Made by a program: the position numbers and the translations under genes. Below the pieces are notes generated by a model. The model was given only the letters and a program-made list of their open reading frames with translations. It had not been told where the DNA came from and did no database searches. DNA of 64,000 bases from Clostridia bacterium (GTDB lineage Bacteria; Bacillota; Clostridia; Christensenellales; CAG-138): the NCBI GenBank assembly GCA_036652795.1, contig JAVVVD010000004.1, forward strand, positions 114,603-178,602, given 5' to 3'. The first letter of the stretch is position 1, and each line of letters opens with the position of its first letter. Shown piece by piece: positions 36,652 to 46,967 of this stretch.

Positions 36652-37485
36652 TTATTTGCGTCTTACGCGTATATTTATATTCACACCGTTAGGCTCGTCC
36701 GTCTGATCAACTTCCACCACCATATCAGCCTCGCGAAGCTGTTTAACAGCTGTGTTTATGGTATTCATAAACAGCCTATAGTCCTTCACAAGCCTGACTA
36801 TTATCGGGCGCGGCGTAGCGCCGTCTGCTTTTTCATCGTATAGCTTATTGAGCTTTTTTTCCACCAGCTTTTCAGTTTCCTTCACCGAAAGGCCGCGCTC
36901 TATCACCTTGTTTATAATATCCATTTGGTGCGCTTCATCTTTAAGCTGTATCAGTGCGCGCGCATGGCGCTCTGTAAGTCCAGCGGTCTGCATTGCCTGC
37001 TTCACGCCGGGCGAAAGCTTAAGTATGCGCAGCTTATTTGCAATTGAGGATTGGCTCTTGCCAAGGCGCTCGGCAAGCTGCTCCTGCGTTAGGTTATAGG
37101 TGCTAAGCAATGTGCTGTAGCACGCAGCCTCCTCAAGGAAATACAGATCCTCACGCTGGAGATTTTCTATAAGCGACATCATGGCTGAGGCTTCCTCCTC
37201 CATGCTGCTTTGTACTATGCAGGTAACGCTTGTCCATCCAAGGCTTTTTACCGCGCGTAGCCTGCGCTCACCCGCCACCAGCTCATACATATCCCCTTGT
37301 TTGTGCACCAAAATAGGCTGTATAAGCCCCACCTGGTCGATGGATTGCGCAAGCTCCGCAATTGTTTCATCATCGAATGTTGCTCGCGGCTGATTTGGAT
37401 TTGGCACTATGCGCTCTAGCGCAACATCCTCTATGCGCTTGTCAGCCTTACGCTTGGAGTCGCTCAAAAAATCGAATACCGGCAT
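36652..37485 (-). CDS. ParB/Noc-family DNA-binding protein (second ParB paralogue, in the Noc position next to rsmG)
   Basis: I place the start at MPVFDFLSDS after an AGGAGG RBS, internal to track ORF 36652-37647. Contains PNPNQPRATFDDETIAELAQSIDQVGLIQPILV, LVAGERRLRAVKSLG and an HTH region. Confidence 0.85.
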   Translation of the reverse strand: MPVFDFLSDSKRKADKRIEDVALERIVPNPNQPRATFDDETIAELAQSIDQVGLIQPILVHKQGDMYELVAGERRLRAVKSLGWTSVTCIVQSSMEEEASAMMSLIENLQREDLYFLEEAACYSTLLSTYNLTQEQLAERLGKSQSSIANKLRILKLSPGVKQAMQTAGLTERHARALIQLKDEAHQMDIINKVIERGLSVKETEKLVEKKLNKLYDEKADGATPRPIIVRLVKDYRLFMNTINTAVKQLREADMVVEVDQTDEPNGVNINIRVRRK

Positions 37486-37585
37486 ATTTTTCGCCTCCTG
37501 TAAAAACGTTCTATATATATATGCAAATTCCTGCGCCGCGGCAAAACTTGCGCAGTTTATCCAAACTTCGTCCGTTTTCGTGCCG

Positions 37586-38266
37586 CTACAGCGGCATTTT
37601 CTGCGCCGTACCCGCCTTGCGTGGATATGCATTCGGGGTTTCGCCACGCTTAGTAACGCTTATCACGCGCCGTTCACCCCATGGCGCATCAAATGCGCTA
37701 ATCGATGCAACAGCACCCAGCGTCTTTAGCGCGTTATGTGCGCCCTTAAGTTCGTCTTGCGCCTGCGGCCCCTTATACATTATGGACAATCCCCCAACTT
37801 TAAGCAGCGGCAGCGTATATTCGCACAGTGCGGACACGCCGGCCACTGCGCGCGAGGTGGCTACATCAAACTTACCGCGCAGAGAAGGATTTCTGCCGGC
37901 ATCCTCCGCACGCGCATGGATGCATATCGCGGGTATATCCAGTTCACGGCATGCCTCTTGCAAAAAGACGACGCGCTTATTGAGCGAATCCAGCAGCGTA
38001 AGCCTTATATCCTGGCGCACTATCGCAAGCGGTAACCCCGGAAAGCCCGCGCCCGTTCCCACATCTATAAGGCTTGCACCATTTGGTATGAGTGAGCACG
38101 GCAGCAGGCTGTCTGCAAAATGCTTTTGCACCACATCGAGCGGCTCAGTTATAGCGGTTAGATTAATACGGCTGTTCCAATCCACAAGCAGCTCATAATA
38201 GCGGCACAGCTTATCCGCCGCCTGCTCCGTAAGATTTGGGATATTATCATATAAAAGCTGTTTCAC
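37586..38266 (-). CDS. rsmG: 16S rRNA (guanine527-N7)-methyltransferase
   Basis: SAM motif LIDVGTGAGFPGLPLAI, in the conserved position between mnmG and the ParB paralogue. Confidence 0.9.
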   Translation of the reverse strand: MKQLLYDNIPNLTEQAADKLCRYYELLVDWNSRINLTAITEPLDVVQKHFADSLLPCSLIPNGASLIDVGTGAGFPGLPLAIVRQDIRLTLLDSLNKRVVFLQEACRELDIPAICIHARAEDAGRNPSLRGKFDVATSRAVAGVSALCEYTLPLLKVGGLSIMYKGPQAQDELKGAHNALKTLGAVASISAFDAPWGERRVISVTKRGETPNAYPRKAGTAQKMPL

Positions 38267-38332
38267 GCTTCTTTCCTCCAGACTTTAGGGGCATCGGTTA
38301 AATGGGTGTGTATAATTTGCAGGCCTGTTTTG

Positions 38333-40192
38333 TCAATGCTTCATCAGCTGCACCAGCAGCACAGCTATATCCGCCGGCGATACCCCGCTTATGCGGGAGG
38401 CTTGCCCAACGCTTGCCGGCCTTATTGCGTTTAGCTTTTGCCTTGCCTCTATCCTAAGGCCGCACATACCCATATAGTCAATTGTATCCGGTAGCAGCGT
38501 AGTTTCAAGCTGCTTAAATTTTTCCACCTGAGCAGCCTGTTTATCTATATATCCATCATAGCGCGCTGTTATTTCCACCTGTTCGCGCACATCTGCCTGA
38601 AGCTCAGGCAGCTCATATATGGCCTCAATATCCGTGTAGCCAATACCGCCGCGCTTAAGCAAATCAAACAAGCGTATCCCGCTACGTGGCTCCGGCTCAC
38701 CGCGGCTTATCAATAGGCTACGAAGCATCTCATCGGGCGGCACAAATGCATCAAGCGATGCAATTGCTTTAGCTATGCCCTCCTTTTTTTTCATAAGCCT
38801 GTCATAGCGCGATGACGATATAAGTCCGGTGCGCATTGCAAGCTCCGTCAGGCGCAGATCCGCATTATCCTGTCTTAGCAGCAATCGGTATTCCGCACGC
38901 GATGTCATCATGCGGTACGGCTCGTTTGTGCCCTTTGTAGCAAGGTCGTCCACCAGCACGCCTATATATGCATCCGCACGCGATAGCCGAAGCGGAGGTT
39001 CGCCTTTAGCATAAAGCGCACAGTTTATTCCGGCATACAGGCCTTGCGCCGCCGCCTCCTCATAGCCTGAGCTGCCGTTTATCTGGCCGGCAAAGTACAA
39101 TCCGGCTATATCGTTTGCGCCAAGCGTTGTATCCAGCGTAAGCGGATCTATACAGTCGTATTCAATTGCATAGCCCGCCCGCATTACCTCGCAACGGCTC
39201 ATGCCCTTCATGCTGCGCAGCATAGCAAGTTGCACGTCATACGGCAATGATGTGGACATGCCCTGCACATACATCTCCTTGGTGGAAAGCCCTTCAGGCT
39301 CTATAAATATTTGATGCCGATCCTTATCGGCAAAGCGCATTATCTTATCCTCAATGGATGGGCAATACCTTGTGCCTATGCCTTTTATCATACCGCTGTA
39401 CATGGCGGAGCGGCTCAGGTTGTCGTGTATTATTCGGTGGGTCTGTTCGTTGGTATATGTAAGGTAGCAGGGCTGCTGTGCCCTAATGTTTTTATCGGTT
39501 AAAAATGAAAACATCGGGGTTGGTTCGTCGCCTAGCTGCGGCTCCATCTCATCAAGATCAAGGCTATCCCTATGCACCCTTGCCGGCGTGCCTGTTTTAA
39601 ATCTGCGCAGGTCAAACCCAAGCTCCGTAAGCGAGGCAGACAGTCCGTTTGCCCGCATCATTCCTGACGGTCCGCTGTCCTGCGCGTAATCACCTATCAG
39701 CACGCGGCTTTTTAGATATACGCCGGCCGCTACCACCAGCGCACGGCAGGTATAGCTTGCGCCACCCGCAAGCATCACCCCGCTGATATGGCCATTTTCC
39801 GTTAGAATCCGTTCGCATTCGCCCTGTTTAAGGCAAAGATTAGTCTGATTTTCCAGCGCAGATTTCATCCGCTCGTGATAGCGGCGCTTATCCATCTGTG
39901 CGCGCAGTGAATGCACGGCAGGGCCTTTCCCTGTGTTTAGCATACGTATCTGTATATATGTATCGTCCGTGGCAAGTCCCATCTCGCCACCGAGCGCGTC
40001 TATCTCGCGCACCAGATGCCCCTTGCTTGTTCCGCCTATGGCGGGATTGCAAGCCATCAGCGCCACAGAGTCCAGGTTCATCGTGACGCACATCGTAGAG
40101 AGTCCCATGCGCGAACAGGCCAACGCTGCTTCACAGCCCGCGTGCCCCGCGCCCAATACTATAATATCATAGTTCCCAGCAAAATAAGACAT
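38333..40192 (-). CDS. mnmG: tRNA uridine-5-carboxymethylaminomethyl modification enzyme MnmG (GidA)
   Basis: I place the start at MSYFAGNYDIIVLGAGHAGCEAALA (FAD motif). About 620 aa. Confidence 0.95.
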   Translation of the reverse strand: MSYFAGNYDIIVLGAGHAGCEAALACSRMGLSTMCVTMNLDSVALMACNPAIGGTSKGHLVREIDALGGEMGLATDDTYIQIRMLNTGKGPAVHSLRAQMDKRRYHERMKSALENQTNLCLKQGECERILTENGHISGVMLAGGASYTCRALVVAAGVYLKSRVLIGDYAQDSGPSGMMRANGLSASLTELGFDLRRFKTGTPARVHRDSLDLDEMEPQLGDEPTPMFSFLTDKNIRAQQPCYLTYTNEQTHRIIHDNLSRSAMYSGMIKGIGTRYCPSIEDKIMRFADKDRHQIFIEPEGLSTKEMYVQGMSTSLPYDVQLAMLRSMKGMSRCEVMRAGYAIEYDCIDPLTLDTTLGANDIAGLYFAGQINGSSGYEEAAAQGLYAGINCALYAKGEPPLRLSRADAYIGVLVDDLATKGTNEPYRMMTSRAEYRLLLRQDNADLRLTELAMRTGLISSSRYDRLMKKKEGIAKAIASLDAFVPPDEMLRSLLISRGEPEPRSGIRLFDLLKRGGIGYTDIEAIYELPELQADVREQVEITARYDGYIDKQAAQVEKFKQLETTLLPDTIDYMGMCGLRIEARQKLNAIRPASVGQASRISGVSPADIAVLLVQLMKH

Positions 40193-40363
40193 TGTAACCG
40201 GCTTTTTGCGCACAGGATTTTTATACGGCAAAGCTCATGCCATAATTGTGCAACAAGCTATATTATAACAAAGCGTGCACGCCTTGTGAATAAGCAGTTG
40301 AAATTCATGTAAAACGCAGTATCTTCTTTATGCTCGCCGTAGGCGGCGGTTGTTTTGCACCCG

Positions 40364-41677
40364 TTATTTTCCCACACAGAAGCGCCGGAATATACCATCT
40401 ATCACCTCGGCGTCCACCTCGCGGCCGGTGATGGCGCCAAGCGCCGTAAGGGATGTGCGTATATCCGTTGCGATGCAGTCCACATCAACAGCGCATGCAG
40501 CGCATATCAGCGCACTTTCAGCGAGTCGCAGCGCTTCAATATGGCGCACATTCGTAACCAATGCACTTTCGCCGGGGGCAATATGCCGCGCTATCTGCGC
40601 CTTAAGCTCAGTTAGTCCCTCCCCCGTATCAGCGCTCACCATAATCGGTGGCACTGCGCACATAGCCTGCACCTGATCCGGCGTTACCGCGGGCGCAAGG
40701 TCTGTTTTGCACAATACCGCCACGCACGGCTTGGCGCATATCAATGCACACAGCTCTGCGTCTTCATGGGTAAGGCAGGCAGCGCTATCAAACGCCAGCA
40801 GCACGAGATCCGCCCGCTCAATTATGTTTTTTGCGCGCGCAACACCCTCACGCTCTACCACATCATCCGTATTACGTATCCCTGCCGTATCCACAAGGCG
40901 CACAGGCATACCGCATATGCTCAGCTGTTCCTCAATTATATCCCGCGTCGTGCCTGGTAGCGCCGTAACTATTGCGCGCTGCGTACCGGTTATGGCGTTT
41001 AGCAGGCTGGATTTGCCGGCGTTTGGCCGCCCCGCTATCACAACAAGCGCACCGTCGCGCAATACGCGCGATTTAAGTCCGTCCTCAATTAGCGCCTGTA
41101 TCTGCTGGCGCGCCACATCTATTACATCGGGCAGACTTGATAAAACATCCTCCTCCAGCTCCTCAGGATAATCTATTGCCGCGTCTATGCCGCATAGCGC
41201 GTCAAGCAGCGTTTCCTCTATTGCCGCAATCCGTACGCCAAGCTCGCCTTCAAGCTGCCGCAGCGCCGCAGATGCGCTGCGCGATGACGCGGCGTTTATC
41301 ACATCCATCACGGCCTCGGCGCGAGTTAGATCCATCTTCCCATTTAGAAACGCCCGCTTAGTGAATTCCCCAGGCTCCGCCGCGCGTGCATAGCGGGAGA
41401 TAAGCTCCATGCAGCCTTGCACCACAGCCTGTCCGCCGTGCACTGACAGCTCAGCCACGTCCTCTCCCGTATAGCTGCCCGGAGACTGAAAATAGACGGC
41501 TACCGCTTCGTCCAGCGTAACACCCTCGTCCACTATCCTGCCAAAAGAAGCGTATCGCGGCACTATATTCCCTGTGAATATACGCTGCAATATCGCCTTA
41601 GCTTCGCCGCCGCTTATCCTAATTACCGCTATCGCTCCGCCTATGGGCGTGGAGAGCGCAAATATCGTATCTTCCAT
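40364..41677 (-). CDS. mnmE: tRNA modification GTPase MnmE (TrmE)
   Basis: MEDTIFALSTPIGGAIAVIRISG, G1 motif GRPNAGKSSLLNA, and a C-terminal CVGK. The track ORF extends to a TTG at 41695. Confidence 0.93.
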   Translation of the reverse strand: MEDTIFALSTPIGGAIAVIRISGGEAKAILQRIFTGNIVPRYASFGRIVDEGVTLDEAVAVYFQSPGSYTGEDVAELSVHGGQAVVQGCMELISRYARAAEPGEFTKRAFLNGKMDLTRAEAVMDVINAASSRSASAALRQLEGELGVRIAAIEETLLDALCGIDAAIDYPEELEEDVLSSLPDVIDVARQQIQALIEDGLKSRVLRDGALVVIAGRPNAGKSSLLNAITGTQRAIVTALPGTTRDIIEEQLSICGMPVRLVDTAGIRNTDDVVEREGVARAKNIIERADLVLLAFDSAACLTHEDAELCALICAKPCVAVLCKTDLAPAVTPDQVQAMCAVPPIMVSADTGEGLTELKAQIARHIAPGESALVTNVRHIEALRLAESALICAACAVDVDCIATDIRTSLTALGAITGREVDAEVIDGIFRRFCVGK

Positions 41678-41781
41678 AGGTATATTGTACAACAATACGG
41701 CTTGAATATTGAGTACTATTTTTGATTGTGTTATGATGTATTTTGATTTTATTAGTGTTTGGAGGAAATAAGGCTACATCT

Positions 41782-42567
41782 ATGTTTAAAAATGCAAGGC
41801 GTATCGTGGTCAAAGTAGGCACCTCTACCATTACCCATGATACGGGAAAAACCAATATCAAGCGTATGAGCGAGCTTGTAAGCGTACTGGCTGATCTTAT
41901 GAATGCAGGCTATCAGGTGGTGCTTGTGACTTCCGGCGCTATAGCCGTAGGCGTTGGCAAGCTGGGACTTAGCGCCAAACCCGAGGATACACCCGGCCGC
42001 CAGGCTGCCGCTACGGTAGGTCAGTGTGAGCTTATGTTCATGTATGATAAGCTTTTTTCCGAGTATGGCCACATAGTCGGCCAGCTGCTCATCACCAAGA
42101 GCGATGTTGAGGATGCGGAGCGCAAAGCCAATCTTATTAACACATTCGGCAAGCTATTTGACTTTGGCGCTATCCCAATAGTAAATGAGAATGACTCCGT
42201 AGCCGTTGAGGAAATAGTATATGGCGATAACGACAGCCTGTCGGCGATAGTGGCAAAGCTTATCTGCGCTGATGCGCTGGTTATCCTTTCGGATATCGAT
42301 GGGCTGTATAGCGAAAACCCTTGTGAAAATGCAGACGCCACACTTATACCCACTGTGGAGCGCATTACGCCTGAAATAGCCGCATTAGCCGGCGGCGCAG
42401 GCACCTCACGCGGGACGGGCGGCATGGCCACAAAAATACATGCCGCGCAAATTGCCACAAGCTGCGGCATCGACACAGTTGTAATGAACGGATCAAATCC
42501 GGCAGCCATATATGAGCTGATTGACGGAAAAAGCATTGGCACACTTTTTAAGGCGGTGAAATCATGA
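41782..42567 (+). CDS. proB: Glutamate 5-kinase (short form without PUA domain)
   Basis: MFKNARRIVVKVGTSTIT, VTSGAIAVG, NENDSV. About 261 aa. Confidence 0.9.
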   Translation: MFKNARRIVVKVGTSTITHDTGKTNIKRMSELVSVLADLMNAGYQVVLVTSGAIAVGVGKLGLSAKPEDTPGRQAAATVGQCELMFMYDKLFSEYGHIVGQLLITKSDVEDAERKANLINTFGKLFDFGAIPIVNENDSVAVEEIVYGDNDSLSAIVAKLICADALVILSDIDGLYSENPCENADATLIPTVERITPEIAALAGGAGTSRGTGGMATKIHAAQIATSCGIDTVVMNGSNPAAIYELIDGKSIGTLFKAVKS

Positions 42568-43808
42568 GCGAGCTGAGTATAATAGGCAAAAATGCACAGG
42601 AAGCAAAGCGCATTCTGGCGCTAAGCAGCCACAGCGCCCGCATGTCCGCGCTTAATTCCATTGCTGACGCTCTGCTTTGCTCAATGGATGATCTGCTTGC
42701 CGCCAACTCAAAGGATCTAGACGCAGGCAAAGCGGCCGGACTTTCCGCCGCGCTGCTTGATAGATTGGCACTTTCGCCTGAGCGCATAAGTGGCATAGCT
42801 AGCAGCATACGCGACATATCCGCCTTGCCCGATCCGCTTGGCAGGGTATTGAGTGAGGTTACGCGCCCCAATGGGCTTCTCATCCGCAAGATATCCGTAC
42901 CCATAGGCGTTATAGCTGTGATATACGAGGCGCGACCAAACGTAACTGCGGATTCCGCCGTGCTATGTCTTATGAGCGGCAATGCCTGTATACTGCGCGG
43001 CGGCAAGGAAGCTATAAATTCCAATATGGCCATTGCGCTTGTTATGCGTGCCGCCATAGAAAAAGCAGGGCTGCCGGCAAACTGTGTGCAGCTTATTAGC
43101 GATGTTTCCCGTGAAAGCGCGGCGGAGCTTATGCGTATGCGCACATATGTAGACCTGCTTATTCCGCGTGGTGGGCGCGGACTTATCCAAAATGTGGTGG
43201 ATAATTCCACAGTGCCTGTAATACAGACCGGTGCCGGAGTATGCCATACATATGTGGATAAGGCGGCAGATGTGCTCATGGCGGCGGATATAATATTCAA
43301 TGCCAAGACAAGTCGGCCCTCCGTGTGCAATGCACTTGAGTGCATACTTGTACACCGCGATATAGCCCAATCGGCATTGCCGCTTATTAGTGCGCGCCTT
43401 GATAAAAAGCATGTGCAGCTTCGCGCTGATGCGGCTACGCTTGCCATAGTGCCAAGCGCCACCCCCGCTGTGGATGCGGACTGGGGCAGCGAATATGGGG
43501 ATTACATACTAGCATGCAAGGTAGTTGGCAGCATAGACGAGGCTATAGCGCATATTCAAACCTATGGAACAGGTCACAGTGAATGCATCATTACGCAGGA
43601 CACGGCGGCGGCACAGACCTTTATGGCGGCAGTGGACGCGGCAGCTGTATACGTAAATGCCTCCACGCGCTTCACCGATGGCGGCGAGTTCGGGCTGGGC
43701 GCTGAGATAGGCATCTCCACTCAAAAGCTGCACGCACGCGGACCGCTGGGTCTAAACGAGCTTACCAGTGTAAAATATATGGTGTTTGGCAGCGGCCAGA
43801 TACGCTAG
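42564..43808 (+). CDS. proA: Glutamate-5-semialdehyde dehydrogenase
   Basis: 414 aa with the catalytic Cys region KTSRPSVCNALECILVH. The start overlaps the proB stop. Confidence 0.95.
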   Translation: MSELSIIGKNAQEAKRILALSSHSARMSALNSIADALLCSMDDLLAANSKDLDAGKAAGLSAALLDRLALSPERISGIASSIRDISALPDPLGRVLSEVTRPNGLLIRKISVPIGVIAVIYEARPNVTADSAVLCLMSGNACILRGGKEAINSNMAIALVMRAAIEKAGLPANCVQLISDVSRESAAELMRMRTYVDLLIPRGGRGLIQNVVDNSTVPVIQTGAGVCHTYVDKAADVLMAADIIFNAKTSRPSVCNALECILVHRDIAQSALPLISARLDKKHVQLRADAATLAIVPSATPAVDADWGSEYGDYILACKVVGSIDEAIAHIQTYGTGHSECIITQDTAAAQTFMAAVDAAAVYVNASTRFTDGGEFGLGAEIGISTQKLHARGPLGLNELTSVKYMVFGSGQIR

Positions 43809-43885
43809 CGCTAAGCCAAATTCTCAATAAAAGGCCATGCCTATGGCAGCCGCGACCTTTAAAAGATCCAAAAACTCCAATCAAA

Positions 43886-43909
43886 AATGACCCTCCTAAA
43901 AGGGTCATT
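43886..43909. terminator. Hairpin between convergent proA and jag
   Basis: AATGACCCT-cctaaa-AGGGTCATT with A/T-rich flanks. Confidence 0.55.
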
Positions 43910-43926
43910 CTTTAATTCATATTCTA

Positions 43927-44751
43927 TTATTTTCTTGGTTCAATTACGACTCTGCGATTTGGCTCCTCGCCTTCGCTGTGTGTTGTCACATATTGGTTAT
44001 TTTGCAGCGTTGCATGCAGCACGCGCCGTTCGTATGGGTTCATAGGCTCAAGCGTTTTGGGCTTTCCCGATGCTTTAACCTGTGCGGCAATCTTGCGCGC
44101 CAGCCTTGTGAGCGTCTCCTCGCGTTTTTCGCGGTACCCCTCTGTATCCAGCGCCACGCGCGTGTACCCTTCTTCCTTGCGGTTACGGTTTATCGTAAGC
44201 GATATAAGGTATTGCAGCGCGTCCAATGTTTCACCGCGGTGACCAATGAGTATACCCATAGTAGAGCTATCTATATATAGGCGCACAGCGTCATCCTCGC
44301 CCTTTGGCGCCGCAAGCACGCGGGCGTTTACACCCATGCGCTCCAACACGCCAGAAAGGAATTCCGCCGCCGGATTGTTCTGCGCCGCTTCTATGGAGTA
44401 ATTGGAGGATATGTTGTATGGCTTACCATCATGTGCCTCACGATCATTATGCGCTCTACGATCATTGTGCGTAGCCGGGCGCTGCGCAGCTTGCGCGCTA
44501 TGGCTATCGCCTGTTGGTCGATCTGAGCGCACCGCGTTCATAGGCGTTCTTATGTATTCAGGAATCACCATCTCCTCTGGTTCACGCTCAGTAAGACGCA
44601 CTACCGCAAGCCTGCTGCCTATGCCAAGCAGGCCCTTGCTCTCTTGGCGCAATATCTCTATCTCCACCTCGTCTATCGATATGCCAAGCTCTGAAAGTCC
44701 TTTATAGATGGCCTCGTCTATGGATTTGCCGCTTGCTTCAATGCTTCTCAT
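43927..44751 (-). CDS. jag: Jag/KhpB RNA-binding protein (Jag-N, KH, R3H)
   Basis: N-terminus IEASGKSIDEAIYKGLSELG, a KH region, and R3H in LEPMNPYERRVLHATLQ. The His/Asp/Arg-rich linker contains a short tandem duplication. Confidence 0.85.
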   Translation of the reverse strand: MRSIEASGKSIDEAIYKGLSELGISIDEVEIEILRQESKGLLGIGSRLAVVRLTEREPEEMVIPEYIRTPMNAVRSDRPTGDSHSAQAAQRPATHNDRRAHNDREAHDGKPYNISSNYSIEAAQNNPAAEFLSGVLERMGVNARVLAAPKGEDDAVRLYIDSSTMGILIGHRGETLDALQYLISLTINRNRKEEGYTRVALDTEGYREKREETLTRLARKIAAQVKASGKPKTLEPMNPYERRVLHATLQNNQYVTTHSEGEEPNRRVVIEPRK

Positions 44752-45722
44752 TTTTTTACCTCCTGTGCCAGAGGCTCACGCGGATAAACCTTGTTTAGTA
44801 TGAGATTTATCACTATCATCAGCACACTTGAAATCGTCCAGTATATTGCAAATGCGCTTGTGGCAGTTAAGCATACAAAAAAGCTCATCGCTGGGAACAT
44901 ATACATCATCAGCTTTCCCGAGCCGCCGGCCGGTGCGCTCTGCGGTTGATTCTTCTGGGTCATGAGCATCGAGAGCAAGTTGGTTCCAGCAGCAAGCAGC
45001 GGCAATATGAACCATCCGTTATTGTGGCCTGCATATATGTCCATCAGCGGCTTTACCGCTGCGGTATAGCTGGCAATTGCCTCGGGGGTATTTAGGAATA
45101 TCAGCGTATCCTTCATGGTGGTAACGCCATTTTCCACAACCGGCATCGACTGCTTCATAGCTATTCCCATATCCACAAGCTTATCCCATATCTGCGTATT
45201 CTGCTGGACGTAAAGCAGATTGCCAAGATCCTTCGTATTAAGGAATGTTGCCGCATCCATTATAACGGGCGAAAGGCCGTTATCTGGCTGCCATATGTTG
45301 TTTACCCAAAGGAACTTAAAGGATTCAAGCAGCTTCTGCGGGTTGTCATCCACAAGTATGCGGATCATCTCCTCATAGCTCCAGAAACGGAAGGCCGCTA
45401 TAAAGCAGAAGAAAAGCGGCATGGTTATAAGCATTGGCAGGCAGCTTCCCCACATGCTTACTCCGCGTTCCTTCATCAGCTTGCTCTGTTCGGCCTGCGC
45501 CTTGCGTGGATCATCCTTATACTTCTTTTGAATTTTGTTTATTTCGGGCTGTATAGCCGCCATCTTGGCGCTGGATTTGCGCGTTTTGATATCCGAAACC
45601 AGCGTCAGCAGCTTTAGCAGCACTGTAGCTACAAGTATTGTAAAAAATACACTGTTTATATTTTGATATAACCACTTCATTCCATAAAGGAACCACGTTG
45701 TTAAAAAGAAATCACCTTGCAT
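44748..45722 (-). CDS. yidC: Membrane protein insertase YidC/SpoIIIJ
   Basis: Contains MAAIQPEINKIQKKYKDDPRKAQAEQSKLMKERGVSMWGSCLPMLITMP and is polytopic. It sits in the conserved rnpA-yidD-yidC-jag order. Confidence 0.9.
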   Translation of the reverse strand: MQGDFFLTTWFLYGMKWLYQNINSVFFTILVATVLLKLLTLVSDIKTRKSSAKMAAIQPEINKIQKKYKDDPRKAQAEQSKLMKERGVSMWGSCLPMLITMPLFFCFIAAFRFWSYEEMIRILVDDNPQKLLESFKFLWVNNIWQPDNGLSPVIMDAATFLNTKDLGNLLYVQQNTQIWDKLVDMGIAMKQSMPVVENGVTTMKDTLIFLNTPEAIASYTAAVKPLMDIYAGHNNGWFILPLLAAGTNLLSMLMTQKNQPQSAPAGGSGKLMMYMFPAMSFFVCLTATSAFAIYWTISSVLMIVINLILNKVYPREPLAQEVKK

Positions 45723-45975
45723 GGCATTTTCTCACTTTCAGTCTTTTGTTTGAACCAAGTGTTTCAGGAACAGGGTCGTAGCCCCCTTTAGAGAAAGGAT
45801 TGCACCGAAGAATACGCCAAAATGCTAGCGCCACACCCTTTAGCACACCAAAGCGCTCAATTGCAATAAACGCATATCTTGAGCAGGTTGGCGTATAACG
45901 GCAGCAGGGCGCGTTCATAGGCGAAATGTAATTTTGATAGCCCTTTATCATGTACAACAATGCACGTTTAATCAT
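45712..45975 (-). CDS. yidD: Membrane protein insertion efficiency factor YidD
   Basis: YQNYISPMNAPCCRYTPTCSRYAFIAIERFG. Confidence 0.85.
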   Translation of the reverse strand: MIKRALLYMIKGYQNYISPMNAPCCRYTPTCSRYAFIAIERFGVLKGVALAFWRILRCNPFSKGGYDPVPETLGSNKRLKVRKCHAR

Positions 45976-46325
45976 TGTCGCTCTTCTTTCTCAACTAAGA
46001 GGTTAGCCTTGCGCAGCAACTTGCGCATAGTGGCGCAAATATTGGTGAAACTATCGTTCACAACCGGCTCTCGAGCAATGAAGATAAGGTTGTATCCGTT
46101 TTTCACGTCAGGTATCATTGGGCCAAAAGATTCCCTCAGCCGACGTTTAACGCGATTGCGAACCACGCTGTTGCCAATTTTTTTACTTACAGAAAAACCC
46201 ACCTGCACCAGCTTTTCTCTGGAGCGTGAATAAACAAGCACCATTGTGCGCGATGCGGCGGATTTACCCGTGCGATACGTATAGCGGAAAGCTTTGTTCC
46301 GCTTCAAAGAATAACAGCGTTTCAC
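45972..46325 (-). CDS. rnpA: Ribonuclease P protein component
   Basis: GFSVSKKIGNSVVRNRVKRRLRE (RNR motif), 117 aa, downstream of rpmH. Confidence 0.9.
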   Translation of the reverse strand: MKRCYSLKRNKAFRYTYRTGKSAASRTMVLVYSRSREKLVQVGFSVSKKIGNSVVRNRVKRRLRESFGPMIPDVKNGYNLIFIAREPVVNDSFTNICATMRKLLRKANLLVEKEERQ

Positions 46326-46391
46326 CTAAATTTTCCGATCAATATAATGTTTTCCGCCCGGATACATGCGGAGTTAATTGCTAAAGCATAC

Positions 46392-46423
46392 AGAAAAACT
46401 CACGGCAAGCAACGCTTGCCGTG
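46392..46423 (-). terminator. Hairpin terminator/attenuator between rpmH and rnpA
   Basis: On the minus strand, CACGGCAAGC-gtt-GCTTGCCGTG is followed by AGTTTTTCTG. Confidence 0.55.
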
Positions 46424-46441
46424 AACAAGTCCGGCATATGA

Positions 46442-46576
46442 TTATGCGGACAATCTTTTTCTGCCCTTCAACCTTCTGCGCGCCAACACGTTCCTGCCGT
46501 TGGCGGTCTTCATGCGCTGACGGAATCCGTGAACTTTTTTTCTCTGCCTCTTTTTAGGCTGATATGTTTGAAGCAT
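46442..46576 (-). CDS. rpmH: 50S ribosomal protein L34
   Basis: This gene is below the ORF-track length cutoff. My hand translation gives [44 protein letters not shown], with an AAGAGGTG RBS. Confidence 0.92.
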   Translation of the reverse strand: MLQTYQPKKRQRKKVHGFRQRMKTANGRNVLARRRLKGRKRLSA

Positions 46577-46600
46577 CGTTTACACCTCTTTCTATCGATA

Positions 46601-46629
46601 TATTAAGTCCGAACAAGCCGGGCTTGCAA
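46601..46629 (-). promoter_or_regulatory. Candidate rpmH promoter
   Basis: On the minus strand, TTGCAA, a 17-nt spacer, then TTAATA, about 25 nt upstream of the rpmH RBS. Confidence 0.4.
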
Positions 46630-46911
46630 ATCAAAACTGTCAGTTGTAGATTATATAAGAAAACTCAGGCTTCTGTCAAGGAATATGCCGCTTATTCTAA
46701 TATAATTTGATGGTACTATTCCTTATTATAACCTCATGGTGCTAGATGCACAATATGTAGTATCTACGCAGTATCTTGAATACAATTGCAAAAAAATAAC
46801 ACAATAAGCGCGTCCAAACGGCTATTGTAATGAACATCCCATTTTGTTATGATTGAATGCATGGGGCAGCCTACGCTCATTTTCATGGGCGGCTTTTTTA
46901 ATTTCGAGGGG

Positions 46912-46953
46912 TTATCCACACTTTTATTAACAATGTGGATAACTTTATCAACA
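46912..46953. promoter_or_regulatory. DnaA-box cluster upstream of dnaA (oriC left part / dnaA autoregulation)
   Basis: TTATCCACA (46912-46920, perfect), TGTGGATAA (46934-46942, perfect, inverted) and TTATCAACA (46945-46953, 8/9). Confidence 0.75.
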
Positions 46954-46967
46954 CCTAGGAGGGTATA

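Noticed and set aside
44430-44480. A short tandem DNA duplication (acgatcatt[a/g]tgcg x2) in jag, encoding HNDRRAHNDREAHD in the linker.
   Set aside because: This is a low-complexity inter-domain linker in a well-conserved gene, most simply explained by replication slippage with no functional implication.
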